DNA of 64,000 bases from Chitinophagaceae bacterium (GTDB lineage Bacteria; Bacteroidota; Bacteroidia; Chitinophagales; Chitinophagaceae), in contig JANPIE010000025.1 of NCBI GenBank assembly GCA_031424835.1, positions 10,423-74,422 of the forward strand, written 5' to 3'. Below, piece after piece: positions 37,216 to 46,011 of the stretch. Every line of letters begins with the position of its first letter. Position 1 is the first letter of the stretch. A program made the translations under genes and the position numbers. Below the pieces are notes generated by a model that did not search any database, had not been told where the DNA came from, and worked only from the letters and a program-made list of their open reading frames with translations.

Positions 37216-37255
37216 TTCACCACGGAGATAGGGAAAACACAGAGATGCACAGAGA
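37216..37255 (+). repeat. Single-arm CACAGAG-type repeat
   Basis: TTCACCACGGAG...ACACAGAGA TGCACAGAGA; same family as the arm at 62120-62159. Confidence 0.5.
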
Positions 37256-37450
37256 ATTGCTCCTGAAATATTTACTATGGGATGAGGGCTGCCGCGTATG
37301 CTCTACCCAAACCTTTATTGAATGCTGTATTTTGAATTATTAAGATTGAGTAGCTGTTCAAAACTTCTGAACCGTGCGGAAGGAAAACAGGAACACTGAA
37401 ATTTTTTTTGCGCGGGCTTTTACGTATTTTCAGTGTCTAATCAATGCTGC

Positions 37451-37843
37451 ATGTACCTTAAGACCGTTTCAAAATGGACGCTGATCGCAGGCGTGTTGTT
37501 GATTTGGATTGTAAAATTTATCATCAGACCCTTTGTTCATATTCCTTTTCCGGTAAAGCCTCTGATCGGTCTAGCGCCCAACCTGGTTGGCTCATTCTTA
37601 TTGCCTTTTGGAGCCTGCCTTTTTTTCCAGCGTTTTTTTCGCCTCGAGAATTCCCGCGACCTGGCATTTACCTGTTCCTTCGGACTATTGCTGGTTATTA
37701 TCAACGAGTACCTGCAACTCATACCGGCGTTCGGCCGCACATTTGATTACCTTGATATTTTTTCTTCGGTGCTGGGCGTGTTTATCGGGCATATTGTATT
37801 TGCCAAACTGCTGGTAAAATCTGCGGTGCCGGCTAGTTTTTAG
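37451..37843 (+). CDS. VanZ-like membrane protein
   Basis: 4 TM; EYLQLIPAFGRTFDYLDI resembles the VanZ E..Q....R..D..D motif. Confidence 0.65.
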   Translation: MYLKTVSKWTLIAGVLLIWIVKFIIRPFVHIPFPVKPLIGLAPNLVGSFLLPFGACLFFQRFFRLENSRDLAFTCSFGLLLVIINEYLQLIPAFGRTFDYLDIFSSVLGVFIGHIVFAKLLVKSAVPASF

Positions 37844-38738
37844 TATCCAGGATTACCGGCGTTCTTCCACCACCCATGATGATCACTTTTGAATTGGGCG
37901 AGGTGATCAATCCTTTGGTCATCTGTATCTGTTCGTACTGTAATTGTTTGTCACTAAGTCCAGTGCTCATGATACGTTGATAGTCCGCTATACCCTGTGC
38001 TTCCACTCTTTTCCGTTCCGCTTCCTGTTTTTCTTTCTGCAACACGAATTCCATTTTCTGCGCGTCCTGTTCTGCCCTTATTTTTTCTTCGATGGATACT
38101 TTAACTGTGGCGGGCAGGGTAATGTTGCGTACCAGCAATTGCTCGAGGATCAATCCGCGTTTTTTGAAATCCTCCTCAATACTTTTGAAAATGCGCCCCT
38201 GGAAAAGATCTCTTTTGGTAGAGTAAAGATCTACGGCGGTGAAATAGACCGCGTTATCCCGAATCTTGGTGCGGGTAAGTGGCCGTACGATCTTGTCCCT
38301 GAAATCAAGTCCTGTTTCGCGTAGCAGTTTGGGTGCATCCGCTGCTACTACCCGGTAAAGCACCGTAAGGTCTATGACTACTTCCAGCCCATCGGCGGTT
38401 AATGCGCGTATGGCATCGTCGCCGCTTTTATCACCCTCATCATGTACGCCGCTCATGGTGTAATTCTGAGTCTTTACGTCTACCTCCTTCACATCCACCA
38501 GCGGGTTTACCAGGTTTAATCCGCTGTTAAGAATGTCATTGTCTACTTTTCCGAATAAGGATTTTACACCCACTTCACCTACGCCGATCTGCTTGATGGC
38601 TGAAGTGAAAAAGCCGAGTATGATTACAACAATTCCCGCAATCCGCAGACCATTGCCAACTTTGTAAAGGGTTTCATTTTGTTTCGCAAGTACAATGCCG
38701 GCGATCAGTAAGATGATGCCGAGTATAATAATGGCCAT
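37833..38738 (-). CDS. SPFH/prohibitin (band 7) family protein
   Basis: N-terminal TMs; TADGLEVVIDLTVLYRV, LLVRNITLP and the EKIRAEQDAQK...EAERKRVEAQG coiled coil. Confidence 0.93.
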   Translation of the reverse strand: MAIIILGIILLIAGIVLAKQNETLYKVGNGLRIAGIVVIILGFFTSAIKQIGVGEVGVKSLFGKVDNDILNSGLNLVNPLVDVKEVDVKTQNYTMSGVHDEGDKSGDDAIRALTADGLEVVIDLTVLYRVVAADAPKLLRETGLDFRDKIVRPLTRTKIRDNAVYFTAVDLYSTKRDLFQGRIFKSIEEDFKKRGLILEQLLVRNITLPATVKVSIEEKIRAEQDAQKMEFVLQKEKQEAERKRVEAQGIADYQRIMSTGLSDKQLQYEQIQMTKGLITSPNSKVIIMGGGRTPVILDTKN

Positions 38739-38796
38739 GGCTTTTGGTTTTGGTTGAATATAATGTATTGGTCGATGGAACGCTTAAATTATTACA

Positions 38797-39252
38797 TCAG
38801 CTGCTGTGATCTGCCACTATCACCCATTGATTGCGGATCTTCCTCAGGAGAAGGGTAAAATAGCCCTGTAAATTGCCGATGCTCCTGTGCAACATCCATT
38901 TACCCGCAACAAAGTACCTGTCGGCTGCAATCTTTTCCATCCGTAAAAAATCAAAACCCAACTTCCCCATTGCCGCAGTATCAGGGTATCCTTTTTTATA
39001 ACTCTCCAGTGTGGTTCTGTAACCATATTTTGGCCCGTTTTTTCCTATAAATAAAAGGCTGTCATTTTCCCAGTATCCTTTCATATATCCCTCTATACTT
39101 CCCTTGTTCCAGTCGGCCGCCTGCCTGGCCAATAGCTTCCTGATGGCTGTTTCATCTTTGTTCTGTGCGTGGGCTGCGGGGGTTAGAAAGATGAGAAAGG
39201 TTAAAAGGGTTAAATAGGCTAATGGGGTTAAAGAGGGGAGTGATCGGTTCAT
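38797..39252 (-). CDS. Secreted NTF2-like (DUF4440/YybH) protein
   Basis: Signal peptide; WNKGSIEGYMKGYW, G.FTLLLRKI...WVIVADHSS. Confidence 0.88.
   Translation of the reverse strand: MNRSLPSLTPLAYLTLLTFLIFLTPAAHAQNKDETAIRKLLARQAADWNKGSIEGYMKGYWENDSLLFIGKNGPKYGYRTTLESYKKGYPDTAAMGKLGFDFLRMEKIAADRYFVAGKWMLHRSIGNLQGYFTLLLRKIRNQWVIVADHSS
39196..39231 (-). repeat. In-frame tandem nonamer (TTAACCCNN)x4 within a signal-peptide coding sequence
   Basis: Minus strand TTAACCCCA TTAGCCTAT TTAACCCTT TTAACCTTT encodes LTP LAY LTL LTF. Confidence 0.6.
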
Positions 39253-39347
39253 AATTTTATTTGGGTTAAGCTACTAAAATTTCACAGATAGTGGGTAAAG
39301 TGGGGAGAAAGGCGGGAGTTGATAGTTTGGCCTGCTGGAAAGTTGGG

Positions 39348-40013
39348 TTAAACACGCAAGGCTATTACCATCTCACGCTTTCCCCAAGGGCCCGGTATTT
39401 TTTGCACATGGAAACCGGCTTCTTTCATGGCTTTCCGTACGATGGTTTTGCTGCAATACGTTACCAGTGAACCGCCGGGTAATAAATGGGCATACATTTT
39501 TTCGAATACTGCAGGTGTCCACAGTTCCGGTTGAACAGTGGGGGAGAAGGCATCAAAGTAGATGCAATGTACAGGATCATTTTCCGGCGCATGTTCAAGC
39601 GCCACCGGCCATTTTGAAAAAGTGAAAAATTCGTTGATCCGAACAGGAACGCCCCATGCTGAAAAATGAATCCGCAAAAAATCATCCGGCATGGATAAGC
39701 AATGGCCATGATTGATCAAACCAATCTCTGTTTCCGTTAGAGGATATTTTTCAATTGACAGGTAAACAATCTTCTTTTTGTGTTTTACCGCCTCACGCAA
39801 ACTGAGCATTGCATTCAGACCGGTACCCAGGCCGATCTCGAGAATTCTTACCGGCGCGGGGCTGTTATCGCTGAGAAATGGGCGTAGTCCGGCATCTATG
39901 AATACATGCATGCTTTCCTGGATGGCGCCGTGGTGACTATGATAGCTGGTTGCAATTTCCGGAATAACAAGGGTGTGAGAGCCGTCTGCGGTAAGTTGTA
40001 TCTCTCTTTTCAT
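39348..40013 (-). CDS. mnmD: tRNA mnm5s2U34 methyltransferase (stand-alone MnmC methyltransferase domain)
   Basis: YHSHHGAIQESMHVFI, ILEIGLGTGLN, YFDAFSP..QPELW and GPWGKREM. Confidence 0.92.
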   Translation of the reverse strand: MKREIQLTADGSHTLVIPEIATSYHSHHGAIQESMHVFIDAGLRPFLSDNSPAPVRILEIGLGTGLNAMLSLREAVKHKKKIVYLSIEKYPLTETEIGLINHGHCLSMPDDFLRIHFSAWGVPVRINEFFTFSKWPVALEHAPENDPVHCIYFDAFSPTVQPELWTPAVFEKMYAHLLPGGSLVTYCSKTIVRKAMKEAGFHVQKIPGPWGKREMVIALRV

Positions 40014-40076
40014 TTTGGCGGTTAGCTGTTGGGCATGAGCGAAGGTATCGATAGTCAGGTCTTTTTCTTAATTTTC

Positions 40077-40691
40077 ATGATGCATTACATTGCCCATTTA
40101 CAGAAAGACAAAAGATTGGCGCGTACCATTGGTGAGGAAGTACATTCGCTGGAACTGCATCCCAACATTCCCGTGCGCATCATGGCGAGCATTATCAGCC
40201 AGCAGCTAAGTACCAAAGTGGCGAAAGTAATATTCAACCGCTTTCTTGCCATTTATAAAGGGAAAGAACCCAAACCCCGGCAGGTACTTGATACACCGGC
40301 GGAAACACTACGGGCTATCGGGTTGAGTAATGCCAAAGTAAGCTATGTGCACAATGTAGCGCGATTCTGCATTGAGCATAAAATCACGGATAAAAAATTG
40401 CTGGCAATGAGTAACGACGAGATCATAGACCTGCTGGTGCAGATCAAAGGCATTGGTAAATGGTCAGTAGAAATGTTACTGATGTTTACACTGGGAAGGG
40501 AAGATGTTTTTGCGGTAGACGACCTGGGCATACAGCAGGCCATGACCAAACTGTATAAGCTGGATACTGCAGATAAAAAGGCAATGAAAGAAAAAATGCT
40601 GAAACTGTCTGAGCGCTGGAGCCCTTACCGCACCTATGCCTGCCTGCATTTATGGAAATGGAAGGACAATGTTGTGCAAAAACAAAAGTGA
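40077..40691 (+). CDS. DNA-3-methyladenine glycosylase, AlkA/HhH-GPD family
   Basis: IISQQLS, IKGIGKWSVEMLLMF (HhH), DVFAVDDLGI and WSPYRTYAC. Start ATG 40077 or 40080. Confidence 0.92.
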   Translation: MMHYIAHLQKDKRLARTIGEEVHSLELHPNIPVRIMASIISQQLSTKVAKVIFNRFLAIYKGKEPKPRQVLDTPAETLRAIGLSNAKVSYVHNVARFCIEHKITDKKLLAMSNDEIIDLLVQIKGIGKWSVEMLLMFTLGREDVFAVDDLGIQQAMTKLYKLDTADKKAMKEKMLKLSERWSPYRTYACLHLWKWKDNVVQKQK

Positions 40692-40706
40692 TGCTTGCCA
40701 TAAATT

Positions 40707-43292
40707 TTATGCAGAATTTCTTGCCGCATTGATGATGCCAAACATGCTGCGCGTGACAAGTTTTTCGTACACCTCTTTCATTTCGGGCGTAGTTCCCGGT
40801 TCATGCAGGTGGTGCAGTGCATATTGCTGGATGGTGAGCAGCGGCAATACAATCCTGTCGCGCATTTGAATGGAAGCGCGCCCTGTTTTATCGTCCTGCA
40901 TCAGTTCTTCAGACGATGAAAGTTCAAGGACAAGTTTGGCGGTAAGATCAAACTCATTCTTGATCAGCTCCCAGATAGCGCCATAGGTAGGGTCTGTTTT
41001 TATGAATTGCGTAGGTGCGAAGTTGGATTTCAGCATGCTCATCATACTGTTATCAATCAGTGTACGGAAGAACAATACGTTGCGGAACATGGCTTTCACA
41101 TCCTCCCACAAACCTTTCTCTTTCATTTTCTGCAGTGCAGTGCCTACGCCAAAATAGCCGGGTACATTTTGCTTTAGCTGGCTCCAGCTACCCACAAAGG
41201 GAACTGCCCGCAGGTCCTCAAATCGCAATCCACCACCACCGCCGCGTTTGGAAGGACGGCTCGCTATATTGCTTTTGCTGTAATAATTCAGCGGACTGAA
41301 TTGTTGCAGGTAAGCCATAAATAACGGATGCGTCTTGAATGCCTGGTATGCTTCATAGCTTATTTTTCCCAACTCTTCCAGCAGGTGCCTGTCGTGGGGC
41401 GATATCTGAACACGTGTATCCGAAAACAATTCATTGCTGATGCCCGCACTAAGCAATTGTTCCAGGTTATACTGGGAGGATTGTATGGTACCAAAATTGG
41501 AGGTAATGGTTTGACCCTGTATCGTTAATTGTATTTCCTCATTCTCGATCGTATTACCCAGCGACGCATAAAATTTATTGGTCTTGCCGCCGCCGCGGGA
41601 AGGAGGGCCGCCCCGGCCATCGAAAAATTTTGCCTTGATATTATGCTTATGCGAAATAGCGGTAAGGTTTTCCTTGGCCGTATAGATACTCCAGTTAGCC
41701 TGCAGGTAGCCGCCGTCCTTGGTACCATCACTGAATCCCAGCATGATGGTCTGTTGCTGTTGCCGTTGCTCCAGGTGTTTTTTGTAGGCGGGCAGGTTGT
41801 ACAACGATTCCATGATATTTTCCGCTGCAGTGAGGTCATCGATGGTTTCAAACAGGGGAACGATATCAATGGTCAGGTTTTCTGTTGGCCAGCCGCACAG
41901 GTGGGCCAGTGCATATACTTCCATCACGTTCACCGCTCCCTGGCAATTGCTGATGATGTAGCGCTGGCAGCCGGGTACCCCGTTCTGCTGCTGGATGGTA
42001 CTGATGGCGCAGATGCTTCGCAGGGTTTCTTTTGTGGTTTCATCATTGAATGATTCCACGTCTACCGGCCCCTTAACCGCCGCCAGTATATTCATTTTTT
42101 CTGCAGGAGATAGTGCTTCGTATCCTTCTGGAAAAATGCCAGGCTGGCCCTTTGTTTTTAATTCCGTATCTATCTGTGCGAGAACTTTGGTATGTACCCT
42201 GCTGTCCTGTCTTACATCCAGGGCGGCAAAATACGTTCCGAATATTTTCACTTTGTGTATCAGGCTGTCAAGACGCTGGATGAACAGGGAGTGATGTTGC
42301 GACACGATCAGCTCGCGCATGGCCTGCAGTTGCTGCAGCAGTTCATCACTGGTGATGCGTTTGCTGTTCTTTGGACCAAAAACATTTTCGTAGAGTTGTT
42401 CCTCCAGGCTATGGATCATGGCATCTACCCCGGTAAAGGTGAGCCTGCGTGTGAGTTTTCTTACATCACGGTAGTAACAAACAATGATGGCGCTGCGAAG
42501 GGCTTCCGCTACTTTGAGGGTGATCTCTGCCGTTACAAAGGGGTTGCCATCCCTGTCGCCCCCCGGCCAGAATCCCAGTTCAATAAAGGGGTTGTCGCCG
42601 TCAAAATGGTTGTCGAATATTTCCCGCTCAATAAAATTGTAAATATTCCCAATGGAATGATACAGTATATTTTCCAGGTACCACATCAGGTTAACCGCTT
42701 CATCAAAAGGAGTTGGTTGTTTCTTGTTGAAAAAAGGCGTGATACCCAGTTGCTGTATGTAGAGGTTAATGGTGTGAAAATCATTTTTGGCGATGGCCTC
42801 GTTCATATCGTGAATGATGCCCAGTACACTCCCCGGGTAAAACTGTGTTGGATGCGCTGTGAGTACCACCCGTACCTTGAACCTGCGTAGTTTGTTCTTT
42901 AAAGCCTGGGTTTTACCTGTAAAAGAAGCCTCGGTAAGCAATGCTTTCAGACTGCCAGGCCCTTCAATATTGTGTACCGTTGTAAAGGCCGCATCTTCAA
43001 TGGCATCAAAAAGAACGATTTGCCGCTCTACGTACTGAACAAATTTAAAAAGGCGGTCAACCTTTTCTGTTTCCGTTCGCACGTTCGTATGCTGTTTAAA
43101 GAAATGATCGATGATCTGCATCGGGTCCTTGCCGTCGGCATATCCATCAATACAGGCCTGTAATAATATGGGTAACAGGGCACCCACATTGGCGATGCCG
43201 GAAAAAGGTAGCGCGGCGAACAGGCTGTTATAAATAACATACTTATCCGTTACATTCCGCTTGAAATTGCTGATGTATTGAGAGGATGACAT
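40707..43292 (-). CDS. ppc: Phosphoenolpyruvate carboxylase
   Basis: VLTAHPTQ, GGDRDGNP, IVPLFET, MLGFSDGTKDGG, GRGGPPSRGG, LRAVPFVGSW and IINAARNSA. Confidence 0.97.
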   Translation of the reverse strand: MSSSQYISNFKRNVTDKYVIYNSLFAALPFSGIANVGALLPILLQACIDGYADGKDPMQIIDHFFKQHTNVRTETEKVDRLFKFVQYVERQIVLFDAIEDAAFTTVHNIEGPGSLKALLTEASFTGKTQALKNKLRRFKVRVVLTAHPTQFYPGSVLGIIHDMNEAIAKNDFHTINLYIQQLGITPFFNKKQPTPFDEAVNLMWYLENILYHSIGNIYNFIEREIFDNHFDGDNPFIELGFWPGGDRDGNPFVTAEITLKVAEALRSAIIVCYYRDVRKLTRRLTFTGVDAMIHSLEEQLYENVFGPKNSKRITSDELLQQLQAMRELIVSQHHSLFIQRLDSLIHKVKIFGTYFAALDVRQDSRVHTKVLAQIDTELKTKGQPGIFPEGYEALSPAEKMNILAAVKGPVDVESFNDETTKETLRSICAISTIQQQNGVPGCQRYIISNCQGAVNVMEVYALAHLCGWPTENLTIDIVPLFETIDDLTAAENIMESLYNLPAYKKHLEQRQQQQTIMLGFSDGTKDGGYLQANWSIYTAKENLTAISHKHNIKAKFFDGRGGPPSRGGGKTNKFYASLGNTIENEEIQLTIQGQTITSNFGTIQSSQYNLEQLLSAGISNELFSDTRVQISPHDRHLLEELGKISYEAYQAFKTHPLFMAYLQQFSPLNYYSKSNIASRPSKRGGGGGLRFEDLRAVPFVGSWSQLKQNVPGYFGVGTALQKMKEKGLWEDVKAMFRNVLFFRTLIDNSMMSMLKSNFAPTQFIKTDPTYGAIWELIKNEFDLTAKLVLELSSSEELMQDDKTGRASIQMRDRIVLPLLTIQQYALHHLHEPGTTPEMKEVYEKLVTRSMFGIINAARNSA

Positions 43293-43323
43293 AGATTGCT
43301 TGCTGACCCAAGTTAATTATTAA

Positions 43324-43391
43324 GTACGAAATACGCGGTACGAAGTACGAAGAGAAGATCAGTTGTACCTCGTACTTCGTAGCTCGTACTT
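43324..43391. repeat. Inverted pair of heptamer arrays (GTACGAA / CGTACTT), 4 + 4 units
   Basis: GTACGAA ATACGCG GTACGAA GTACGAA -GAGAAGATCAGT- TGTACCT CGTACTT CGTAGCT CGTACTT. Confidence 0.85.
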
Positions 43392-43418
43392 GTCTTATCT
43401 TTATAAAAATTGTTCCGA

Positions 43419-43964
43419 ATGCATCCTGATGATAAGGAGTTATTACGCGGGTTTCGGCAGGCAGCTACGAAGGAGCGGGCTTTTACCTCTATCCTGAAAA
43501 AATACCAGGAGAAACTATACTGGCATGTGCGGCGGATGGTGGTTGACCACGACGATGCCAATGATGTGCTTCAGAATATGTTCATCAAAGTGTGGAACGG
43601 GCTGGAGAATTTCAGGGAGGATAGCCAGTTGTATACCTGGCTATACAGGGTGGCAACCAATGAGTGCCTCAGCTTTCTTGAACAGCAGAAAAAAAGGGGC
43701 ACCATTCCGCTCGGCGATGTGGAGGAGGGGTTGAGTAATTCCATTAAGGCTGATGCGAATTTTGATGCAAGCCGGTTGGAGTGGAAGCTGCAATTAGCCA
43801 TCCAGCAACTTCCTGAAAAACAACGCGTTGTGTTTAATCTGCGCTATTACGATGAATTGCCATACCAGGATATGAGCCGGATACTGGATACCAGCGAAGG
43901 GGCCCTGAAAGCAAGCTATCACCATGCGGCCAAAAAAATTGAGGAATTCCTGAAGAATCATTAA
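43419..43964 (+). CDS. ECF-type RNA polymerase sigma-70 factor
   Basis: DANDVLQNMFIKVW, TWLYRVATNECL, and LPEKQRVVFNLRYY...Y..MS.IL..SEG.LK..YH. Start ATG 43419 (TTG 43410 possible); TATCTTTA box at 43396. Confidence 0.95.
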   Translation: MHPDDKELLRGFRQAATKERAFTSILKKYQEKLYWHVRRMVVDHDDANDVLQNMFIKVWNGLENFREDSQLYTWLYRVATNECLSFLEQQKKRGTIPLGDVEEGLSNSIKADANFDASRLEWKLQLAIQQLPEKQRVVFNLRYYDELPYQDMSRILDTSEGALKASYHHAAKKIEEFLKNH

Positions 43965-44001
43965 ACCAATCGCAGGCAGCGGCGTCTATATTTATTGACA
44001 A

Positions 44002-44718
44002 ATGGAACAAAGGCAACAAATAATCGATGAATTGCAGGAAATCAGTCCTTTCCTCGCAGAAACCAGGGTTTCAAGCCCGTACCAGGCGCCGCCCGGATAC
44101 TTTGATTCCCTGGCCGTTGCCGTTTTAAACCGTGTAACCGGGGAACCCGCTTTGCCGATGCCACAGGCCCATGCCTATTCGGTGCCCCGGGATTATTTTG
44201 AGGGGTTGCCAGGCAGTATACTTGCAAAGATCCACCGGCTGCAGGAAAACAGTAGTGATGCCATTCGCACAGAACTGGAAGAAATAGCGCCAACGCTTAG
44301 CCAGGTGAGCAGGGAAAATGTATACACTGTACCCCCAGGCTATTTTGAGCGGGGCATTGCCATTCCGCCGGGTGAGCAGAAAGCGAAAGTTGTGAGAATG
44401 AATTTTGCGAAAAGGTGGACACAGTATGTTGCAGCGGCAGTGATCACGGGTATACTGGTAACGGGTGCATTCCTTTACACGGATAACCGCAGCCCGGTAT
44501 TAAACCAGCAAAGCCAGGTTGATATGCCGTCTGAACTCAATAAACTGAGCGAAACAGAATTGGTAAAATACCTTGAAAACCCGGAGCAGACAATCGCTAC
44601 CAGTATGGCCGCCAATGAAACACCTGTGGATGTAAAAAAATTGAGCGATGAAGAGCTTGATCAGTATCTGAAAGAAAATGCAGATGCCGATCTTTTCATT
44701 GCTACTTCGAATAATTGA
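44002..44718 (+). CDS. Probable anti-sigma factor (single TM)
   Basis: Directly after the ECF sigma; three Y.(V/A)P.(G/D)YF(D/E) repeats, then TM YVAAAVITGILVTGAFLY. Confidence 0.75.
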   Translation: MEQRQQIIDELQEISPFLAETRVSSPYQAPPGYFDSLAVAVLNRVTGEPALPMPQAHAYSVPRDYFEGLPGSILAKIHRLQENSSDAIRTELEEIAPTLSQVSRENVYTVPPGYFERGIAIPPGEQKAKVVRMNFAKRWTQYVAAAVITGILVTGAFLYTDNRSPVLNQQSQVDMPSELNKLSETELVKYLENPEQTIATSMAANETPVDVKKLSDEELDQYLKENADADLFIATSNN

Positions 44719-44719
44719 T

Positions 44720-45130
44720 ATGAAAAAGATAATTGGTTACCTGTTAGTATTGGTGTTTTTCATTTCTGCCGCGGGTTTTGCGCAGGATGAAAAAATGCAG
44801 CCCGCACGTAAATTACAGGGTTTAAAAATAGCCTATGTTACACGGCAGTTGAATCTCTCAGGCGAAGAAGCAGAAAAATTCTGGCCCGTTTACAATACCT
44901 ATGTGGCAGAAATTAGAAAAGCCCGGCAGGAAAAGAAAGATGATGTTCTGCTTCAGGAGGAAGAGGTGTTGAATATCCGCAAAAAATACCGCGGTGATTT
45001 TAAGAAAATACTGAATACGGATGACCGTGTTTACAAAGTGCTTACCCTTGAAAGGGATTTCAACAACCTGCTTCGCAAAGAATTACAGCATCGCATGCAA
45101 ATGCGCAAAGGAAAAGACCGGAAGCCTTAA
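44720..45130 (+). CDS. Secreted all-helical protein, Spy/CpxP-like; third gene of the ECF operon
   Basis: Signal peptide MKKIIGYLLVLVFFISAAGFAQ; LNLSGEEAEKFWPVYN; highly charged helices. Start ATG 44720. Confidence 0.75.
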   Translation: MKKIIGYLLVLVFFISAAGFAQDEKMQPARKLQGLKIAYVTRQLNLSGEEAEKFWPVYNTYVAEIRKARQEKKDDVLLQEEEVLNIRKKYRGDFKKILNTDDRVYKVLTLERDFNNLLRKELQHRMQMRKGKDRKP

Positions 45131-45873
45131 ACGGGCCATACCGGCGATTTTATGTCATGATAGAAAAGAAAGGTCCAGTTTTCTTTTTGCCCCTGCTCCC
45201 ACCATTGCTGCCTTAACTCCATGCATTTTTTTCCATCGTAATCATATTTGGCCACAAAGCGGTTTTTCATTTGCTGTAGCTGCGGCGCCACATCACCCCC
45301 AAAAAATATTTTTCGTCCATCCTCCTCCAGCCAGAATACCTGGTGAAATTTACTGTGGGCCCCTGTCATTTCGAAATGGATATAGTTATCGATTGTGCCT
45401 TTGTCGGTATCCAGCCATACTACCCGGCTGAAATTTTCCAGCAGGGTAAAGTCTTCGGTGATGTAGGATCCTGTACCGGCGCCGGTTGCAAAATCAAATT
45501 CTCTTTTCTGTACATACCAGGTAGCATACGGAAAACTGATAAAACGTTCCGCCGCTCCCCGGGCCCTGGTGGTTATGCCCCCTGCATGGTCTTTGTGAAG
45601 GTGACTAACCAGCACACGTGTAATTTTTGCGGGGTCGATCCCTGCGTTGCGGAGATTGTTGTGCAACTGCGGTTGTCCATCGGCATCATTATAACCGAGC
45701 CCGGTGTCAAACAGTATAACATCTTTAGCGGTTATGATTACAAAAGGCTGTATCTCTACCAGCAAACTACCGGCGGGCCTGCTGTTCAATACTTCTTTTT
45801 CTGTATCAAACGGAACAAATTCTTTGGTTTTGTCTACCGTGAATGAGCCTTCAGAAAGAGGGATTATTTGCAT
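45127..45873 (-). CDS. MBL-fold metallo-hydrolase
   Basis: LFDTGLG, SHLHKDHAGG (HxHxDH), TGAHSKFHQ, GGDV and FYHD. Start ATG 45873. Confidence 0.92.
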   Translation of the reverse strand: MQIIPLSEGSFTVDKTKEFVPFDTEKEVLNSRPAGSLLVEIQPFVIITAKDVILFDTGLGYNDADGQPQLHNNLRNAGIDPAKITRVLVSHLHKDHAGGITTRARGAAERFISFPYATWYVQKREFDFATGAGTGSYITEDFTLLENFSRVVWLDTDKGTIDNYIHFEMTGAHSKFHQVFWLEEDGRKIFFGGDVAPQLQQMKNRFVAKYDYDGKKCMELRQQWWEQGQKENWTFLFYHDIKSPVWPV

Positions 45874-45881
45874 TTTCAATC

Positions 45882-46011
45882 GGGGATTGCAGATTTTTGG
45901 AAGCAGAACAAATGTACGCAGCGATCGGTTGTATCAGATATTGATTGAGCTGCTGTCAGAAACGCAAAGTAAACACTCAATCCAAAATCTGCCATCAAAA
46001 ATCTCCCATCA
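45882..46011. repeat. Inverted heptamer/14-mer arms (GCAGATTTTTGGA / TCCAAAATCTGC) about 80 nt apart
   Basis: Right arm TCCAAAA TCTGCCA TCAAAAA TCTCCCA TCA (rodA stop); left arm GGGATTGCAGATTTTTGGA. Confidence 0.65.

Noticed and set aside
39280-39347. Another heptamer array (G-rich AGTGGG/AGTTG units) between mnmD and the DUF4440 gene
   Set aside because: Too degenerate to fix a register or find a partner arm; it may be a decayed member but is not supportable.
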